The notes below the pieces were generated by a model, which was not told the DNA's origin, ran no database searches, and was given only the letters and a program-made list of their open reading frames with translations. 64,000 nt of DNA from the NCBI RefSeq assembly GCF_006345805.1, contig NC_043026.1:1054001-1118000 (forward strand), written 5' to 3'. Source of the stretch: Octopus sinensis (Eukaryota). Both the position numbers and the translations under genes were made by a program. Shown one piece after another: positions 58,680 through 64,000 of this stretch (positions are counted from its first letter, which is position 1; each line of letters starts with the position of its first letter).

Positions 58680-61600
58680 TATCATCATCGTTTAATGTCC
58701 GCTTTCCATGCTAGCATGGGTTGGATGGTTCGACCAGGGTCTGGGAAGCCAGGAGGCTGCACCAAGCCCAGTCTGATCTGGCAGTGTTTCTACAGCTGGA
58801 TGCCCTTCGTAACGCCAACCACTCCGTGAGTGTAGTGGGTGCTTTTTACGTACCACTGGCACAGGTGCCAGGCGAGGCTGGCAATGGCCACGATCGGTTG
58901 GTGCTTTTTACATGCCACTGGCACGGAGGCCAGTCGGGGCGATGCTGGCACCTCATCCCAGGTTTTCCTGGGTCTACCTCTTCCACAGGTTCCCTCAACC
59001 GCTAGGGTGTGGCACTTTTTCACACAACTATCTTTATCCATTCTCGCAACGTCTCTCTTGCACACCACAACTGATGCTTCTGAGGTCCAACTTTTCTCTC
59101 AAGGTACTTACACTCTGTCGAGTATGAACACTGACGTTACACATCCTTCGGAGCATACTGGCTTCAAGGGTTAATATAGGGCGTTATGATTATCAGAAAA
59201 TCAAAAAAAAAATGTGTGTAATAGGTGTAAAACAACTTCCTATGAACGAATATGAAAAAAAAATTCGCGCACGAATTTCTTCTCTTTATTTATTTTTTTT
59301 TTTGCGAAATATGTACAAAAATACGGAGTTTATGATTCATGTGTGAGTGTGTGTTCTTGATACTCGTTTAGAACAAGTAGTTTTACACCAATTACACTAT
59401 TTTTTCTTAGTTTAAAGGCCGTGGACTGAAGATGTGAAATTTCCGAAGCCTCTCCCCCACCCCCCTTTCGCGAGCGCGCATTTTTTTCATGATAGTCGTT
59501 TAGAGCAAGTTGTTTTACACCTATTACGCTGTTTTTGTTTTTGTTCCCGGTTCAGACGCTTTCGGAAATTCCCGATATAAATATTCCGAGGCCTCTCCCC
59601 CACCCCCCTTTCGCGAGCGCGCATTTTTTTCATGATAGTCGTTTAGAGCAAGTTGTTTTACACCTATTACGCTGTTTTTGTTTTTGTTCCCGGTTCAGAC
59701 GCTTTCGGAAATTCCCGATATAAATATTCCGAGGCCTCTCCCCCACCCCTCTTTCGCGAGAGCGCATTTTTTTTGTCATATTCGTTTAGAGCAAGTTGTT
59801 TTACACATATTACACTATTTTTTTTTTGTTTTGGTGCCCGGGTCAGCTCCTCAGACGCTTTCGGAACTTCCCGATGTGAATTTTCCGAGGCCTCTCCCCC
59901 ACCCCCCTTTCGCGTGCGCGAATTTTTTTTTTCATATTCGTTCATAGGAAGTTGTTTTACACCTATTACACACATTTTTTTTTTGATTTTCTGATAATCG
60001 TAACGCCCTATATTAACCGCGAGCTTACACACATCCTCAGCAGTCACAGCCCATGTTCACTACCATGTAACATGGCTGTTTTGTACACATGCGTCATACA
60101 GTCTGCCTTTTATTCTGAGCGAGGCCATTTGTCCCTAGCAGAGGTAAGAGCTCTCTGAACTTTGCCCAGGCTATTCTTATTCTAGCTGCTACACTTTCAG
60201 CACACCCACCCACACTACTGACTTGGTCACCTAGGTAACGGAAGCTATCAACTATTTCTAGTTTTTCTCTCTGGAATGTGGCGGAAGTTGGTCTCTGCAC
60301 ATTTTCAGTGTTTATTGCTCCTGAGCATCTGCCACATATAAAAACTATTTTCCTAGTTAGCCTTCCTTTGACATTGCTGCACCTCTTATGTGTCCATAGC
60401 TTACACTTGGTACATCTTATAGAGTTTCTACCAACGCCTTTTCTACAGATCAAGCAGGGCCATCAACCTGAAGGCATTTGTGATTTGTCTACCTTCCTAC
60501 TTATTAGAACTTTGGTTTTAGCTAGGTTGACTCTAAGGCCCTTCGATTCTAATCCTTGCTCCCACACCTGAAACTTTTCCTCCAGTTCTGATAGCGACTC
60601 AGCATAGAGGAACTCCCAGGGGCATCCTGTCTTGAATTCCTCTGTTATTGCCTGGAGAACTATGATAAATAGGAGGGGTCTGAGGACTGAACCTTAGTGG
60701 ACCCCTACCTCTACCCAGAATTCTTCACTGTACTCGTTGCCAACCCTCACCTTACTAACAACATCCCTGTACATGGCTTGCACAGCTCTCACTAACCATT
60801 CATCTATCCCTAGTTTCCTCATTGACCACCAGATAAGGGATTGGGGGACCCTGTCAAAGGCTTTCTCTATGTCAACGAAAGCCAGGTACAGAGGTTTATC
60901 TTTGGCTAGGTATTTCTCCTGCAGCTGTCTTACCAGGAATATAGCATCAGTGGTGCTTTTCCCTGGCACAAACCCAAACTGCATCTCATCTAAACTGACT
61001 CTCTCTCTAATTAGTTGGACTATGACCCTCTCCGTGACCTTCATTACTTGATCCAGCAACTTGATACCTCTGTAATTATTTGTATCTAAGGCGTGACCTT
61101 TACCTTTGTAGCAGTTGACTATGGTGCTGCTACACCAGTATTGGGTATGACTCCTTCGTGTATCACCTGGTTAACTATACAGGTGACTAGGCTATAGCCG
61201 ACACTACCAGATATTTTGAGCATCTCTGCAGTGATTCCTGATGGGCCGGGGGCTTTCCCTGCCTTCATACTCTTGATTGCTTTAACTACCAAGGTACTGT
61301 CAATTTGGATAGCTGGTCCCTCTGTTGGGTCGACAATCAGCAAACTCTCTTTCTCCCATTCATTCTCTTTATTGAGCAACTTTTCATAGTGGCATCTCCA
61401 AACCTCTCTCTTTGCATCCTCATTTAGCGCAAGTGAACCATCATCCATGTGGACACATTTCTCTCCTACCACATCACGATTCTCTCTCACACACTGTCTT
61501 GCAACATGAAATACCTCAAGTTTTTCGTCCACACAGCACAGAACATTGGCAAATTTTTCCTTATCTGGCTAAATAAACCTGTCTCCTAGCTGCCCTTTTG

Positions 61601-61995
61601 GCAGTCTGATACAATTCCCTGCTACCTCCGTTCTTCCAGTCCTTCCAAGCCTGTTTCTTTTGTTTAATAGCCCTGTCAACCACATTGTTCCACCACCACG
61701 TTACCTTGGTTCGAGAGGAGACTTTGCACCAGCCACAGATCTGGTCAGTGGCTCTCAGCAGGTTGTCCCGTAGAAACCTCCAGTTGTCTTCCATATTATG
61801 TGATGCTATATCCCCTTCTATTTCATCGAAGGTTTCAAGTAATACATCTCTAAATCTGTCCATTTGCAGGATCTTTAAGCTTCCAGACCCTTCTCCTCCA
61901 GGCTGGTCTTCTTCTTGGCATCCATTTAGCCATGATCCTGAAGTCGTTAACAACTAATCTGTGTTGAGGGGTACATTCTTCACCTGGGAAGGTTT
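58680..61995 (-). mobile_element. Long RTE LINE copy (same family as 10848), interrupted by a foldback element
   Basis: 3' tail at ~58680, then RT, PHD-like insert and APE C-terminal region toward 61995. Confidence 0.92.
59169..60018. mobile_element. 850-bp foldback/MITE-like element with ~105-bp TIRs and internal ~143-bp tandem units
   Basis: TIRs 59169-59273 and 59913-60018 begin GGTTAATATAGGGCGTTA; unit anchors at 59443, 59586, 59729, 59885. Confidence 0.85.
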
Positions 61996-62429
61996 TGGCA
62001 TTTGATATATATATGAAAAAATTAGTAGAGATGGGTTTTGTGGTGATGATTTTTATTTTAATGATAATGTTTACTCTAACGAGTTTTGAGCTTTTTGATA
62101 GCTGTTTTCAAACTGAAATTCTGTGGTTTAAGAAACTTGCTTATATAGCAAAAGACTTTTTCTTACAAGTAAACAAATAAAAAATAAAGATAGAAAATAA
62201 AAAAATATAAAAAATAAAAATTAATAAAAAATACAGAAAGTAAATACAACAGCATGTGTGAAAAAGAAAAAGGAAAAAAGAACATGAAGAAGAGCAAGAG
62301 AATGGCAGGAGGAAGAGAAAAAGTAGTTGAAGATGGTAGGGAGAAGAGATTAGAATAAAGAGAAGGAATACTTTAGGAGTGGTCAAAAGATGACCTTCTT
62401 CAATCTTTTGATCTGAAGTAACCTAATCA

Positions 62430-63010
62430 CACACACACACACACACACACATCCACACATGCATGTATACATACATCCATACACACACTTACACACCTGC
62501 ATGTACACAGATACATACATTCACTCATACACCCCCACACATTCATATACAGGTCTCCATGTGTACCTATGTACATGTGCACACATACATATACACATCC
62601 ATTTATATTATTTTACCTCTATTGTCTTAAACTTTTAGCTGCCTTTATTATGCATGAATTCATTTTTCTTCATTCCACTTCACCCTTTTAGCTTTTATCA
62701 CCTTTTATTCATGTGTATGTGTATATCTAATACTATTGGGTGCCCTATTATTTTAATATATATTTATATTCTAGTTTTGACAATTTGGGAAATGATATAA
62801 AGTTGCTTTGACCGACTGGAGTGTTTATCCATTACACTTTTCAATCTATTTCTCCTTTCGCCTCAGGGTCACCCAACCATTTCCAGCTGCAGTCCTATTT
62901 TTAATTTTTGGATTAACCTAACTGCTTTTTGGTTTAAAATTATTCTCTTATACATTTATATACATACATATACACACATATACATGCATATACACAAATA
63001 TATATACACT
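62430..63010. repeat. (CA)/(TA)-rich low-complexity tracts
   Basis: Direct. Confidence 0.7.
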
Positions 63011-64000
63011 CATTCAGCTATAGGGATAGGACACATTCTTGTCAAAGCTTGTTTCTCCAGCGTTCATCACTTCACCTCATTTTGGATTAACAGCCCTGGA
63101 CGTTTGTTTTCACTGTCCTGTTTTTGTTACCAACTTGCTATCTTTAGCAATTGAGCAGCCATCTTAGACAAGACCAAGGAAGTCAAAATCATTTGATCTG
63201 GTGGTCCCAGCATTGGAGGTGGAATGGATTTATTTCCCCACCAGCAACATAAACAAGAGTGCTGAATTTGGCTGTGAAAAGGTCAAAAAGCAGAGTCAGT
63301 AAAGAGAGTGGTAAACTGACACTATTTCCCAAACTGACATATCCATGCAAGGCAAGAGGTCAAACAGAACATAAATCCTGGCTCCAAACATTGAGTTTGA
63401 CCCAGAATTTCAAGACATGGATGAACTAATTACCAAGTAAACATATATTTCTACAAAAGAATGTACTAAATTGAGTTTAACAAGAGCCCAAACTTAGTAA
63501 GGAATCTTTGTATTGAGAATGTTATTTCCTCTTGTTTTAATGTGGAGAGCTGTAAACCTAGTAAATATTCTTGTACATATAAATTTTATTTTTCTTTGAG
63601 AAATATTGGTCAAATTTTGCCAGTAGAAATTATATTGTGCATTGAATATAATTTTGTAGGGCATTGAAGTCAGGTGTGATGATTTTTTTCTGCTTTTGAA
63701 TATAGTTGGGATAATTTGTGTCAGTGTTTACAAATTTATTTTGGGTTGTTTTCTCTCTCTCTCTCTCTCTCTCCTACTAAGTTTGCTGCGAGTTAGAGAT
63801 GTTGTTAATGCCTTTAATTTATGTTTTTTGAATTTTTTAATGCTTAAAGCATGGAATTAATTGTCACATTTTGCTTGTTTTTTAATCTAGGTTTACATGC
63901 AATTCTGAGAAATGTATAAGGTGGTCATGGGTTGGCTAGAAATAACAGTTAAATCTCCTTTAAATCACACAAATTTTGTCATTTAAAGATATTACCAAAA

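Noticed and set aside
59400-59950. CRISPR-like regular repeats
   Set aside because: Whole units repeat with no unique spacers, the context is eukaryotic, and there are no cas genes; it is a tandem array inside TIRs.

Overview
Repeat-dense eukaryotic DNA, most likely from an Octopus-type coleoid cephalopod (inferred from the tRNA-headed SINE families, RTE LINEs with (GAT)n tails and microsatellite load). The only host gene I can support is a Golgi alpha-mannosidase II (GH38, MAN2A1/MAN2A2-like) on the minus strand. Three consecutive, phase-compatible exons (56647-56818, 45619-45746, 20070-20243) lie here, separated by 10.9-kb and 25.4-kb introns; the flanking exons appear to lie outside the window. 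The rest is intronic: several RTE LINE families, a Dong/R4-like LINE, a CR1-like tail, SINEs, a Buster-type hAT with intact TSD, Tc1, maT (DD37D) and mariner relics, Helitron-like elements, a foldback element and many Penelope-like (PLE) fragments. The most striking unexplained structure is a set of type I hammerhead-ribozyme folds read by eye: five reasonably complete (15793, 16495, 16894, 38992, ~52796) and three decayed. Two sit inside head-to-tail partial tandems with 523- and 586-bp periods that resemble PLE pseudo-LTR/retrozyme units, and one is sense to the host pre-mRNA. All folds and family names are unverified by computation; TE boundaries are approximate unless a TSD or TIR is stated.
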